From Vulcanimicrobiota bacterium (GTDB taxonomy: Bacteria; Vulcanimicrobiota; Vulcanimicrobiia; Vulcanimicrobiales; Vulcanimicrobiaceae), in NCBI GenBank assembly GCA_014305025.1, contig JACRTY010000056.1, positions 12,780-76,779 of the forward strand: 64,000 bases of DNA, written 5' to 3'. This document shows positions 39,655 through 48,495 of the stretch, one piece after another. Numbering within the stretch: the stretch's first letter is position 1; every line of letters starts with the position of its first letter. The notes beneath the pieces are model-generated. The model was not told the origin of the DNA and searched no databases. It saw only the letters and a list, made by a program, of their open reading frames with translations. The translations under genes and the position numbers were made by a program.

Positions 39655-41238
39655 TCAGATCGGTCGCAGCGTACCGAGCGTCGTGGTCGGTGGCACCGTC
39701 CGCGGCGCGTCGGCGTAGTCATCATTGCAGGTCGCGTCGGTATGCCGGGCATTGCCGGCACGATCGAACGCGAGCGTCAGTAGCGCGCAGACGGCGAGGT
39801 TCAAGACCAACGCATCGAGTCCGATGTAGGGTGCGAAGGTGGCGCCGCCGGCACGCAACGCAAACGCCGGTTTCACGCCGACCGAGAACGACAGTGCCGT
39901 ACCGCCGACCATGCCGACGAGCCAGCCCCACAAAAGCGCGTTGTGGTGGAACAGGCGCCGATGCAGTCCCAGCGCGACGGCCGGGACGGTTTGAAGGATC
40001 CAAATGCCCCCGAGCAACTGCAGGTTGATGGCATACTGTTGCGGGACCGCAATGATGAAAACCAGCGCGCCAAACTTGACGGCGAGTGACGCCGCTTTCG
40101 CCATGCTTGTCTGACGGGCATCGGTTGCACGCGGATCGAGAAAGGCTTTATAGACGTTGCGCGTCCACAGGTTCGCGGCTGCGATCGACATGATTGCCGC
40201 CGGAACCAGCGCGCCGATGGCAATCGCCGCGAAGGCGAAACCCGTAAACCACGACGGGAAGACGGCTTTGAAAAGCGCGGGCACGGCATCGTTGGGCGAG
40301 TGCATGCGCACCCCCGCGGCGAGCGCCATGAAGCCGAGCAGCGCGATCGCACCGAGCAGCAGTGAATAGAGCGGCAGCAGGGCGGCGTTACGCCGGATGA
40401 CCTCCGCTCGCGCCGCGCTGAGGATGCCCGTAATGGTATGCGGATACATGAGCAGCGCGAATGCCGAGCCGAGCGCGAGCGTCGCGTACGTCCAATAGGC
40501 GCTGGGTGTCAGCATCACGCTGCCGTGCGGCGCATTGGGAGCGGCCGCCGCCGCGGCGGCGAAATGACGGGAAGCGGCGGTGAAGATGGCCCCAAGGCCG
40601 CCCAGGCGAAGCGGGATGACGACGATGGCGACGATCACGACGACGTAGATCATCGTGTCCTTGACGAACGCGATCAGAGCCGGCGCGCGCAAACCGGACG
40701 TGTACGTATAGGCTGCCAGGATGACGAACGCGACGATCAACGGCAATTCGCGCGCGAAACCACTCCCCGTTATGCCCAGTGCCGCGATGACGGCTTGCAT
40801 GCCGACGAGCTGCAATGCAATGTAGGGCAAGGTCGCTAAGATGCCCGTCAGCGCGATCGCAAGCGCGAGCAGATCCGAACCGTAACGTCCGCGGACGAAA
40901 TCGGCCGGCGTGACCCAATCGTGGCGCCGGCACACGTTCCACAACCGCGGCATCAGGACGAATGCGATCGGATAGACGAAGATCGTGTAGGGAAGTGCAA
41001 AGAAACCCACTGCGCCCTGTCCGTACAGCGCGGCCGGTACCGCGATGAACGTGTACGCCGTGTAGAGATCGCCGCCCAGCAGAAACCACGTGACGAGCAC
41101 GCCGAAGCGTCGGCCGCCCAGTCCCCACTCGCCCAAGCTGCGCAAGTCGCCGCGTCGCCAGCGCGCCGCATAAAACCCAAGCGCCGTTACGAGCGTGAAG
41201 AAAACGAAGAATACCGTAAGCGCGACGGGATCGAGCAT
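39655..41238 (-). CDS. Sodium:solute symporter (SSS) family transporter
   Basis: 527 aa, multi-pass membrane protein with an SSS-like N-terminus (FFVFFTLVTALGFYAARWRR...GGRRFG). Paired with an upstream DUF3311-like gene. Confidence 0.85.
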   Translation of the reverse strand: MLDPVALTVFFVFFTLVTALGFYAARWRRGDLRSLGEWGLGGRRFGVLVTWFLLGGDLYTAYTFIAVPAALYGQGAVGFFALPYTIFVYPIAFVLMPRLWNVCRRHDWVTPADFVRGRYGSDLLALAIALTGILATLPYIALQLVGMQAVIAALGITGSGFARELPLIVAFVILAAYTYTSGLRAPALIAFVKDTMIYVVVIVAIVVIPLRLGGLGAIFTAASRHFAAAAAAAPNAPHGSVMLTPSAYWTYATLALGSAFALLMYPHTITGILSAARAEVIRRNAALLPLYSLLLGAIALLGFMALAAGVRMHSPNDAVPALFKAVFPSWFTGFAFAAIAIGALVPAAIMSIAAANLWTRNVYKAFLDPRATDARQTSMAKAASLAVKFGALVFIIAVPQQYAINLQLLGGIWILQTVPAVALGLHRRLFHHNALLWGWLVGMVGGTALSFSVGVKPAFALRAGGATFAPYIGLDALVLNLAVCALLTLAFDRAGNARHTDATCNDDYADAPRTVPPTTTLGTLRPI

Positions 41239-41241
41239 CGC

Positions 41242-41433
41242 TTAGCGCGTTCGTGCGGCGACGAGGGCCGTTAGTCCGGCGCTGACGACGAGCCATGCGA
41301 ATTGATACCAGTAAAAGAACGGCAGGCCGGCAAGCGCAGGCGTCGCGCGGGCATACGACGCGGGGAAGAGCAGCGCCCCGAACGGCAACAGCAGCAGAGC
41401 CAACCACCAGTGGGAGCGGCGCCTCGGCTTCAT
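41242..41433 (-). CDS. DUF3311-like small membrane protein
   Basis: 63 aa, two helices, GLPFFYWYQFAWLVV motif. Stop is 3 nt before the SSS start. Confidence 0.7.
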   Translation of the reverse strand: MKPRRRSHWWLALLLLPFGALLFPASYARATPALAGLPFFYWYQFAWLVVSAGLTALVAARTR

Positions 41434-41467
41434 CCCGAGCGCTGTAAGTTCGAAGGGAGAGCGATCG

Positions 41468-41929
41468 CTATGTCGACGTGCCGGGTGACGCGCAAGCCTG
41501 CGTGCTCAGGCCGAGCCTGGGAAACAACCGCGCTTGATTGGGCACGTAGATGATCGCGTTGCCACCCTGGTTCGCGAGAATGTTGTCGAGTTGGGCGCGC
41601 GAGACCAGACCGTCTCGTGCGAAGATGCGCCGGACGTACGAGCGCCCGACAGCAGGCTCGTGCGCGCGCGTGCGCGTTCCGAAGAAGCGGCCGCCGTCGG
41701 CCGTCGTGTAAAGGAAGCCGATCGTATGACCCGGCGGAGCGACGACCTGGTCGATGCGCGTGACCGTATCGCCCGCGGTGGAGGGAACGCGACCGCCACG
41801 AACTTGCCGAGCCGGACGTTGCTGATTCATGCCGAGGGCCAGGTACGAGTCCAAGCAATGCCCATGTCCCGAAGAGGCCAGGGCCGCGATCAAGATGGGG
41901 GCGAGCATGCGCAGACGGCTCCTATGCAA
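41468..41929 (-). CDS. Hypothetical secreted protein
   Basis: 153 aa. Signal-like MHRSRLRMLAPILIAALASSG. No recognisable domain. Confidence 0.4.
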   Translation of the reverse strand: MHRSRLRMLAPILIAALASSGHGHCLDSYLALGMNQQRPARQVRGGRVPSTAGDTVTRIDQVVAPPGHTIGFLYTTADGGRFFGTRTRAHEPAVGRSYVRRIFARDGLVSRAQLDNILANQGGNAIIYVPNQARLFPRLGLSTQACASPGTST

Positions 41930-42034
41930 GCAGATGGGATTGCCGGTCTTTTCGGTGAGCGATGGCAGCGTTCCGGTGCTCGCTGAGCCGTATGGCAGGC
42001 GTCTTTGCGACCGAACCCTAAGCGCTGCGGCAAC

Positions 42035-42514
42035 ATGAAGCCGACGGCGCTGTTCCGCACGCTGGCGTTCTTGGTCGTTCCGCTGGCATCCGCCGCTCTC
42101 TTGCCGTCCAACCCCGGCATTTCACTCACGAATAACTCGCTTACGGTGCTCGACCCGAGCGGACACATCGTGTCCACTGCGACCGTTTGTGCCGGCTACA
42201 CGTTCTCGCAACTCGGCACGACCGGTCCCAAACTGTCTCCCGACCGCCATTGGATACTGGTCGACATCCTCGGACCGTACGAACCGGGTAACGTCGGCCG
42301 TAATCACGCGCTGGTGCAAGTTGCGACGGGGAAAACGGTCACTTCGCCCAACTTCAAAGCGTATCTCAGCGTCCCCGGGACCTTGCAGCCGCTCTCATGG
42401 GTAAGCGGCGAACGGGAGACGCTGCGTTACGCCGACGGTACGACGGCGCCCCTGCACGATCCACCCCGGCGGCCGATTCCGTACGAGCCGTGCGCGCCTC
42501 CGACCGCCGTTTGA
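42035..42514 (+). CDS. Hypothetical secreted protein
   Basis: ORF 42005..42514. ATG 42035 gives MKPTALFRTLAFLVVPLASAA (signal peptide). No recognisable domain. Confidence 0.4.
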   Translation: MKPTALFRTLAFLVVPLASAALLPSNPGISLTNNSLTVLDPSGHIVSTATVCAGYTFSQLGTTGPKLSPDRHWILVDILGPYEPGNVGRNHALVQVATGKTVTSPNFKAYLSVPGTLQPLSWVSGERETLRYADGTTAPLHDPPRRPIPYEPCAPPTAV

Positions 42515-42763
42515 CCTCCTCAGCGGCAACAGGCGCAGACGGTGCGTCGGCCCAGACGCGACGCTCGGCGAACGAGCGTCCTGGAGCGCCGGGCAGCGTT
42601 GCGGCGGCCGATGCGCCAAAGGCGGACGTGGCGGCGTCGGGATCGCGTGCTCAAGCGGGGATCGAGCGACAACATTGCGGCGTGCTCCTGTACCGCCGCA
42701 ATTCGCGCGCCGCGCGGCGAGTCTTATCAATGAGAAGAAACCTTTGCAGAAGGGAGCGGCCCC

Positions 42764-43498
42764 TTGACGGCAAGCGAATCCCGTTTCGGGCTTCAACCCG
42801 AGGAGCGGCGCTGCGGGGTGCGGGCAGGATATGGCGAAGCGATGAGCATGGAAATCGTCGAAGAAGTGTTGCGCCTCCCTTCGCCGGCGCCCAAACCGCA
42901 GTCGCTTGCCTTCGACGGCGAGTTGCTCTGGATGGGTTCGCGTGAGACACGCCACATCTACGCGCTCGATCCCAACACGTGGACGGTGCGCGAGGAAGCG
43001 CCGGCGCCCGGGACGCCGTGGGGCATGACGGTCGTCGGCGACGAACTCCGCGTCTTATGCGGTGAGAGCGCGGATGATACGCGCATCGTGCGCCGCTTCA
43101 TTCCCGGCCATGGCTTCAAGGCCAACGACGTGCTGCACGTCCCCGACGACACGGGTTCGCAGCTCTCCTATGATGGGGACCGGCTCTACGTCAGTCAGTT
43201 TTATAACCGTAAGATCATCTCGCTCGACGACCGGGGTACGGTCGGAACCACCGTCGCGCTCGAGCACGACGTGTGCGGGCAGGTTGTCGTGGGCGGCTGC
43301 TTTTACTGCGTTACGACCGACGACGAAAGCACGAACGACTACTGGTTGACGCGCGTCGACGCGCGCAACGGCACGCCGCAGATGCATGATCTGTATCGCA
43401 TTCCGTTTGCCGCGCGGGCGCTCGCGTATGACGGCGAACGTTTCTGGACCAACCACCGCGAGGCCGACGAGATCGTGGCCTTCAAGGCCGCTCTCTAG
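42764..43498 (+). CDS. Hypothetical protein, possibly beta-propeller-like
   Basis: TTG 42764 with GGGAG 7 nt upstream (alternative ATG 42842). Repeated strand-like segments (LWMGS, LRVLCGE, LYVSQF, FYCVT, FWTNH). Family not recognised. Confidence 0.4.
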   Translation: MTASESRFGLQPEERRCGVRAGYGEAMSMEIVEEVLRLPSPAPKPQSLAFDGELLWMGSRETRHIYALDPNTWTVREEAPAPGTPWGMTVVGDELRVLCGESADDTRIVRRFIPGHGFKANDVLHVPDDTGSQLSYDGDRLYVSQFYNRKIISLDDRGTVGTTVALEHDVCGQVVVGGCFYCVTTDDESTNDYWLTRVDARNGTPQMHDLYRIPFAARALAYDGERFWTNHREADEIVAFKAAL

Positions 43499-43586
43499 AC
43501 GCAGTCACGTCGATGGAAGAGCGTCTTGCCGGCGCGGCCTGCGGCGGCCAGCGATTACTACGATACGATCGCGCCGCTTGGAGAAG

Positions 43587-43784
43587 ATGCAACGTGAAAG
43601 CGAAGATGGCGGCGTCGAGGTTGCGATTCCGCGAAACCTCTTGCACGGCTTGCAAAACGCTACGCCTGCCCAGCTGTCGAAAGTCGAGCTCGATGACTAC
43701 GGCTCGGCGCTCCATTGCGTACGAGTCCTCGGACGCGACGTGGCCGCACGTCTATCGGGACTTCTGGGATTTGAAAGATGTTAA
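43587..43784 (+). CDS. DUF2442-like small protein (possibly decayed)
   Basis: 65 aa. IPRNLLHGLQNATPAQLSKVELDDYGSALH resembles the DUF2442 core. Lies in the AT-richer island. Confidence 0.3.
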   Translation: MQRESEDGGVEVAIPRNLLHGLQNATPAQLSKVELDDYGSALHCVRVLGRDVAARLSGLLGFERC

Positions 43785-44218
43785 AGGCGTCGCGTTCCGG
43801 CCGCAAGCTTCATGCACGTTTCCTCGATCCGGCCTCTTCGCGTCTCCGATTCTTTGGCTGAGTTTATCCAATCGATAAAGTCCCTTCGCGCCGTCGAGTC
43901 GAGACCGCTCCACTGAGCCTTCGCCCTCGGCGTAACCGCGAGCGCCTTGTGCAGATCGAATGGTACAACGGAAAAACAACAGGGGCGTCGCTTTCCGGCA
44001 GCAAGTCTCGAAGGGAGACTCTCGACCCGACGCTTGCGTGTCTCCGGTTGTTTGGCTGAATCTATCCAGCTGATGAAGTCTCTACGCGCGATAGGCGTGA
44101 GGTCCAGCCACAGCGCTTTAGCCCTCGGAGCAGCCGCGAGGACGTTGCGAAGGTCCGCCGGCAGTCTAGGCTCCAGTTCTTTCCCAGCCGACTCGCTAAG
44201 ATCCGCTGCCCGATACAT
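43781..44218 (-). CDS. YdeI/OmpD-associated (OmdA) family protein with an internal tandem duplication
   Basis: Start at MYRAADL (44218). Two repeats: LPADLRNVLAAAPRAKALWLDLTPIARRDFISWIDSAKQPETRKRRVE and VPFDLHKALAVTPRAKAQWSGLDSTARRDFIDWINSAKESETRRGRIE. Confidence 0.6.
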   Translation of the reverse strand: MYRAADLSESAGKELEPRLPADLRNVLAAAPRAKALWLDLTPIARRDFISWIDSAKQPETRKRRVESLPSRLAAGKRRPCCFSVVPFDLHKALAVTPRAKAQWSGLDSTARRDFIDWINSAKESETRRGRIEETCMKLAAGTRRL

Positions 44219-44299
44219 GAATAGAGAGACGTCCGTCAAGATTCCAAACTCCTTCCATCTCGATGACCGGTCGAGCGCGGTGAAACGTGACGGGTTCGC

Positions 44300-44460
44300 G
44301 CTTCGAGGGCTGAATCTGCTCGATACGCTGTCGCTGGCGGAGCGCGTTGCCTTTGTGCTGCACGACATGTTCAACGTGTCCTTCGACGATATCGCCGCGA
44401 TCGCTGGAGAGACGCCCGTCTCGACGTCGAAGGGCTCGCTGACGCAGCCGCTACGTCGTC
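44300..44460 (+). pseudogene. Fragment of an ECF sigma factor (region 4 only)
   Basis: LNLLDTLSLAERVAFVLHDMFNVSFDDIAAIAGETP is a sigma70 region-4 helix-turn-helix. No region 2 lies upstream, and the sequence after it degenerates. Confidence 0.4.
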
Positions 44461-44514
44461 GAATTCGTCGACGGCGGACGGTCGGCGAAAAGCGTACGCG
44501 AATTCTAGCGCGGC

Positions 44515-44935
44515 GTGCCCGAACTCCATGTCACCGCCGGACCCAACGTTCGGGAAAAGTACGTTCGTTCGCGAGGTCCGCAACGGCAGCTCAGGCTCGA
44601 CTACACGATTCAGCGGACCATCGATCTTGATGAATCGCCGTCGCGATGAATGCCGGTGACCCCGACGCAGCTGCAACAGCCGCCGGCCGCGAGGCGCTCG
44701 TTCAGCGCGATGTCGCCCTGGCACGCGGTGAAACGTTCGCGATCGAGACGACCTTCTCGGGTAACTCCGAACGTCGGCTCATCCCAGAGGCGCAAGGGCT
44801 CGGATATCGAGTGTCCGTGACGTACATCGTCTCGACAAACCGGAGCGGAACGTGGCCCGCGTCGAGCCGGCGACGACGACGCTCGGCTTACGGCGCTTCA
44901 GTGGTTCAGGTTGCTGGATCCGTACCAAAGGTGGC
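44515..44935 (+). pseudogene. Zeta-toxin-like / AAA ATPase pseudogene (decayed P-loop, at least two frameshifts)
   Basis: Three frames together read VPELHVTAGPNVREKY...TIDLDE | IAVAMNAGDPDAAATAAGREAL...GETFAIETTFSGNSERRLIPEAQGLGYRVSVTYI | LDKPERNVARVE. There is a 1-nt loss at gaatc (44632..44636) and a second shift near 44830. Confidence 0.5.
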
Positions 44936-44938
44936 ATC

Positions 44939-45391
44939 ATGAATACTGATTTTCGGATGGAAGGCCTGACCCTGACCGTTTCGGACGTGAAACGGTCAAT
45001 TGACTATTACTGCGCACTGGGCTTGAAACTGGAATGGGATGCGGCACCTCATTTCGCGATGTTGCGCGTCGGCGATTCTAACGGCGGAACGCTCGGCTTA
45101 TTGTCGTTCGCTGACGCCCAGGCGGAAGGCGTGACGGAGATCGGGCCGCTTCAAGCCCGAGGCTTGCATGTTGAACTGAGTACGGACGATCTGGACGCCT
45201 TGTATAGTGAATTTGTTGCAAAGAACATCGTGATCGACGTTCCACCTCACGAAGAAAAATGGGAACGTGCGATGACCGCCTTCGATCCCGATGGCTATTC
45301 CGTGGAGTTCTCTGAAGGACGGCGCGGCAAGCAACAGGCGAGCCTGGGTCGAACTGCGCAACCTGAATCGTTCGATGTATCAACGTCCTAG
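44939..45391 (+). CDS. VOC/glyoxalase family protein
   Basis: 150 aa. AAGGTGG upstream. LTLTVSDVKRSIDYY...GL...HVELSTDDLDALY...DPDGYSVEF. Noticeably AT-richer codons than its surroundings. Confidence 0.7.
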   Translation: MNTDFRMEGLTLTVSDVKRSIDYYCALGLKLEWDAAPHFAMLRVGDSNGGTLGLLSFADAQAEGVTEIGPLQARGLHVELSTDDLDALYSEFVAKNIVIDVPPHEEKWERAMTAFDPDGYSVEFSEGRRGKQQASLGRTAQPESFDVSTS

Positions 45392-45411
45392 TCTCACAAA
45401 GGACCGTGGCT

Positions 45412-45434
45412 GTTGAAATATAGCGCTTTTCAAC
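45412..45434 (+). terminator. Weak AT-rich hairpin after the VOC gene
   Basis: gttgaaa - tatagcgct - tttcaac. 7-bp stem, no U-tract. Confidence 0.25.
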
Positions 45435-45675
45435 ACCGTCGGTCGGTTAAGCGACCGTGGTTCATGGCTCCAACGCATTGAAGTAGCGAATGAGCGGACC
45501 CCATTAGCCGTTATCACCATGAAATGCTGTGCGACCCGTTACGGCGATCTGTGGTGATCATTCTTGGATGCCGTGCTGCCGTCCGGAAGCGAGCAAGTTT
45601 ACGAATGCCGTGCGCCGGTTACCTCCGATACGTACGTGCTGCAAGCGCGTGGGTGAATTAGGAGAATCCAACACA

Positions 45676-46335
45676 ATGCCAACTGAAGTTTGGACGAAAG
45701 CCGGACCGATTTCGATGCCGCCCGACGGTGAAACGCGGACGCTGGAGCAGCGCAATGCCTTGTCCGTCGGCGATCCCGGACCGTTTAGTTTATTTGCGTT
45801 TGCCATTGGTACGATCGTCATCGCCGTCGTTTTGAGCGGCTTGGAGCCGATGACGTCGATCCCCGCAGTAATTCCCTCGGTCTTGTTCGTTGCCGGCATC
45901 GGGCAATTCATCGGAGGACTGTTCGCGTACGGCAAAGGCGACACGTTCAGCGCGACCGCGTTTTGCCTGTACGGCGCCAACAACGTTTTGGTCGCCTCAT
46001 TTTTCTGGATGGTCTCGCGAGGTCTCAGCGTGGCGACGGGGCCCCAGATGCTGTTGCTCGGGATGGGTGAGTTCGTGGTCGCGTACGCCTCCCTAGCCTT
46101 AGCCGTCGCAGCCTTACGGCTCAACTGGACGCTGGTCGGCATCACGTCAGCCCTCGTACTCGGGTACGCGTTACCGGCAGTGACCGACGTCGGCGGGCTC
46201 CCGGTGGTCGGCCACATCGGCGGTTACTTTCTTTTTCTGGCTGCCCTGCTGGCGCTGTACGCCGCGACCGCCATGCTCGTCAACAGCACCTGGCAGCGCA
46301 GCGTCATTGCGCTCGGTTCGCTGCGCAAAACGTAG
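45676..46335 (+). CDS. GPR1/FUN34/YaaH (SatP-like acetate/succinate channel) family membrane protein
   Basis: ATG 45676 with AGGAGA 10 nt upstream. GDPGPFSLFAFAIGT corresponds to the NPAPLGL signature. Six hydrophobic segments. Confidence 0.7.
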   Translation: MPTEVWTKAGPISMPPDGETRTLEQRNALSVGDPGPFSLFAFAIGTIVIAVVLSGLEPMTSIPAVIPSVLFVAGIGQFIGGLFAYGKGDTFSATAFCLYGANNVLVASFFWMVSRGLSVATGPQMLLLGMGEFVVAYASLALAVAALRLNWTLVGITSALVLGYALPAVTDVGGLPVVGHIGGYFLFLAALLALYAATAMLVNSTWQRSVIALGSLRKT

Positions 46336-46463
46336 TCGTCGCAGCGTTACCGTGGTCCATCGGTGGGTCGGGGCATGCGCGAGGCCTCGACCCAAACAGA
46401 CGAGACCGGCGACCATTCCGAACCACCCAATGCGCAGAGCAGGGCGACGTTCGCACGGCGCGT

Positions 46464-46967
46464 TTAACCGTCCCAGCCTTGTGCTCGGGCGTGGGCGATC
46501 ATTTCACGCATGCGCGGATGGTCGCCGCGCACCGCTTTTTCCCAGTCCTCGAAGCGCGGTACCCGGCCACCGCACAAGAAGACGAAATAGTAGACCGAGA
46601 TCGGCCCCAAGAACGCGAACCGTTCGCGCAGATCGTCCGCCAGCGCGCCGTAGTCGCTAAACGACGCCAGGTAGCGCGCGAAGCCGCCGCACTCGCGGTC
46701 GAGCGTCAACAGCGTGCGCGCGTTGGCAATGGTCGCGACGACCTTTTTGCGCGTGCGTACGATCCCGCCGTCGGCGAGGATGCGGTCGACGTCGACCTCG
46801 TCGAACGCGGCCACCCGCTCGACGTCGAACCCTTCAAAAAGCCGTACGTAAGCGTCCCATTTCGATTCGATCAGCGTCCACGACAGCCCAGCCTGAAAAA
46901 CGGCGCGCGACATCACGGCGAGATAGTCGCACAACCGGGGGCTGTCCATCCGCTCGGGAATTGCCAT
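46464..46967 (-). CDS. DNA-3-methyladenine glycosylase I (Tag)-like protein
   Basis: ATG 46967. VFQAGLSWTLIESKWDAYVRLFEGFDVERVAAF...IVRTRKKVVATIANA pattern. The N-terminal zinc/EWG part typical of Tag is not seen. Confidence 0.55.
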   Translation of the reverse strand: MAIPERMDSPRLCDYLAVMSRAVFQAGLSWTLIESKWDAYVRLFEGFDVERVAAFDEVDVDRILADGGIVRTRKKVVATIANARTLLTLDRECGGFARYLASFSDYGALADDLRERFAFLGPISVYYFVFLCGGRVPRFEDWEKAVRGDHPRMREMIAHARAQGWDG

Positions 46968-47632
46968 CAGCGCGACAAACGATGGACTTCGCGCTCGACC
47001 GCGGCGACGAACTCGGCGCGTGAGCCGCGCGTTGTTGCGTAGTGCGCAGGGCCGATGCGAATCGTAACCGCCCGGCGCTTGGCACGTTCGGCGCCGTAGG
47101 CCAGACCCACCGGAAACACCGGAACGCGCGTGTCGCCCCGCGCGGCGCGGGCCGCGATGGCCGCAAAGCCCGGACGAAACGGAAGGAACGCCGCATCGTG
47201 CGCTTTGGGCGAGCCGTGCGGATCGACGGTCGGATACGCTTCGGGAAAGACGACGAGTACGTCGCCGCGTTGCAGTAAGGCGTTCGCGCGCGTCAATGCG
47301 GCGCGTGCATACCCGCGAATCTGCGCACCGGACGCGGGGCCGGCGGCATTTTCGCTGCGCAAGGTGACGGGCCACTCCGCGAGCTCGCACGCCACTTCCA
47401 TGGCGAGGCGTTGCAGCGGTCCGCCGGTCCAATCCAGGGCGACGAAGAAGCGGGGCGTGCGCGGCAGTGCGACCAGCAACGCCGCCCCGTCGTAGAGATG
47501 ATGGTAATGACGCGCTGCAAGGATCGCCGGACCCTGCGCCGGCAGCCGGTCAGCGCCTTCGACGCGCACGTGCAAATCACGCCAGGCAACGTATTCGGCA
47601 ATGGCGCGCGGGCCGAGGGCAAAGATGCTCAC
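46967..47632 (-). CDS. Lysophospholipid/PlsC-family acyltransferase
   Basis: GTG 47632 in a GTGA overlap. ...PAILAARHYHHLYDGAALL...VVFPEAYPTVDP...PFRPGFAAIA. The stop overlaps the next ATG by 1 nt. Confidence 0.7.
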   Translation of the reverse strand: MSIFALGPRAIAEYVAWRDLHVRVEGADRLPAQGPAILAARHYHHLYDGAALLVALPRTPRFFVALDWTGGPLQRLAMEVACELAEWPVTLRSENAAGPASGAQIRGYARAALTRANALLQRGDVLVVFPEAYPTVDPHGSPKAHDAAFLPFRPGFAAIAARAARGDTRVPVFPVGLAYGAERAKRRAVTIRIGPAHYATTRGSRAEFVAAVEREVHRLSR

Positions 47633-48495
47633 GCCGGGAGAACGATGCCGCGCGCCGGCGGGCGCAGAGCCAGCGCCGCCGGCGCGAGGCTCAACGCAAT
47701 CGCAGCCAGAGCGGTGAGCCACAGCCCGACCGAGACGCTCAAGGTCATTGCCCAGATGACGTTGACCGCGTAGAGCGCAAACGGAAACCATGCGGATACC
47801 GTGCGTCGTCCCGGCGAAAAGCGCCGTGCGGGCAAAGCGTTCCACACGGTCTGCGCGACCGCCATGAAGGCAAGACCGGTCCCGAACCATCCGGCGAGGT
47901 TGCGCAGCGGCATTCCGAAATAGGCGCCGTGCTCTTTCCACATCCAAAAATGCATGATCGTCATCTTGTCGCTCGCCATCGCGGGATCGAGCACCAAGTC
48001 CCAGGCCATCAGCAGCCACGCGCCGAGCACGACCGCGAACACGGAGCGCGTGCGCCTGCCCGCATCGCCGACAATCGCACGTGCCAGGAAAAACGAGGCG
48101 AAGCCCATGTAAAACCACGAAAGCGGAACCGTGTACGGAACGCGGCCGCCGAGTTTGAACCCGAGAAAACCGAGATACTGATAACCGCCGAACGGCCAGC
48201 CCGTTTTGGTCCCGGTCAGTTCTGCCGCAGCCGAGAGCAGCGTTGCAGCGAGCAAGAAAACGAGCGTCCGCGACACGCCGACCCGGGCGAAGCCGAAGGC
48301 AAGCATCGCGAGGGCCCCGGTCAAGATGTCGACCGTTCCGGTATTGACCAGCGCCCAATTGTAGAAGGCAAGCGCGTACGGGTTGTTCGCAAATTGGGCG
48401 ACGTTCGGAACCGCAGACAGCAGCCCGAACATGCCCAGACCCAGCGCCAGCACGTGCGCGATCAAAAAGACGACGGCGCACCGAAAGGCGATCAC
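47629..48495 (-). CDS. Carotenoid biosynthesis membrane protein (DUF422 / CruF-like)
   Basis: GTG 48495 in a GTGA overlap. Multi-pass membrane protein with ELTGTKTGWPFGGYQYLGFLGFKLGGRVPYTVPLSWFYMG, the family core motif as I recall it. Confidence 0.65.
   Translation of the reverse strand: MIAFRCAVVFLIAHVLALGLGMFGLLSAVPNVAQFANNPYALAFYNWALVNTGTVDILTGALAMLAFGFARVGVSRTLVFLLAATLLSAAAELTGTKTGWPFGGYQYLGFLGFKLGGRVPYTVPLSWFYMGFASFFLARAIVGDAGRRTRSVFAVVLGAWLLMAWDLVLDPAMASDKMTIMHFWMWKEHGAYFGMPLRNLAGWFGTGLAFMAVAQTVWNALPARRFSPGRRTVSAWFPFALYAVNVIWAMTLSVSVGLWLTALAAIALSLAPAALALRPPARGIVLPA

Noticed and set aside
42515-42844. 330-bp gap upstream of the 42764/42842 gene, examined for a riboswitch or sRNA
   Set aside because: It has no recognisable conserved riboswitch core, strong hairpin or terminator, and part of it is covered if TTG 42764 is the true start.
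44461-44508. Two EcoRI sites 45 bp apart, the first abutting a SalI site (gaattcgtcgac), which raises suspicion of cloning-vector contamination
   Set aside because: The flanking sequence is continuous with decayed native-looking genes. gtcgac is common in GC-rich DNA, and no vector backbone features were seen.
43499-46335. Search for integrase, transposase, tRNA or flanking direct repeats that would define the AT-richer segment as a bona fide genomic island
   Set aside because: None was found by eye, so it is reported only as a compositional or decay anomaly, not as a mobile element.
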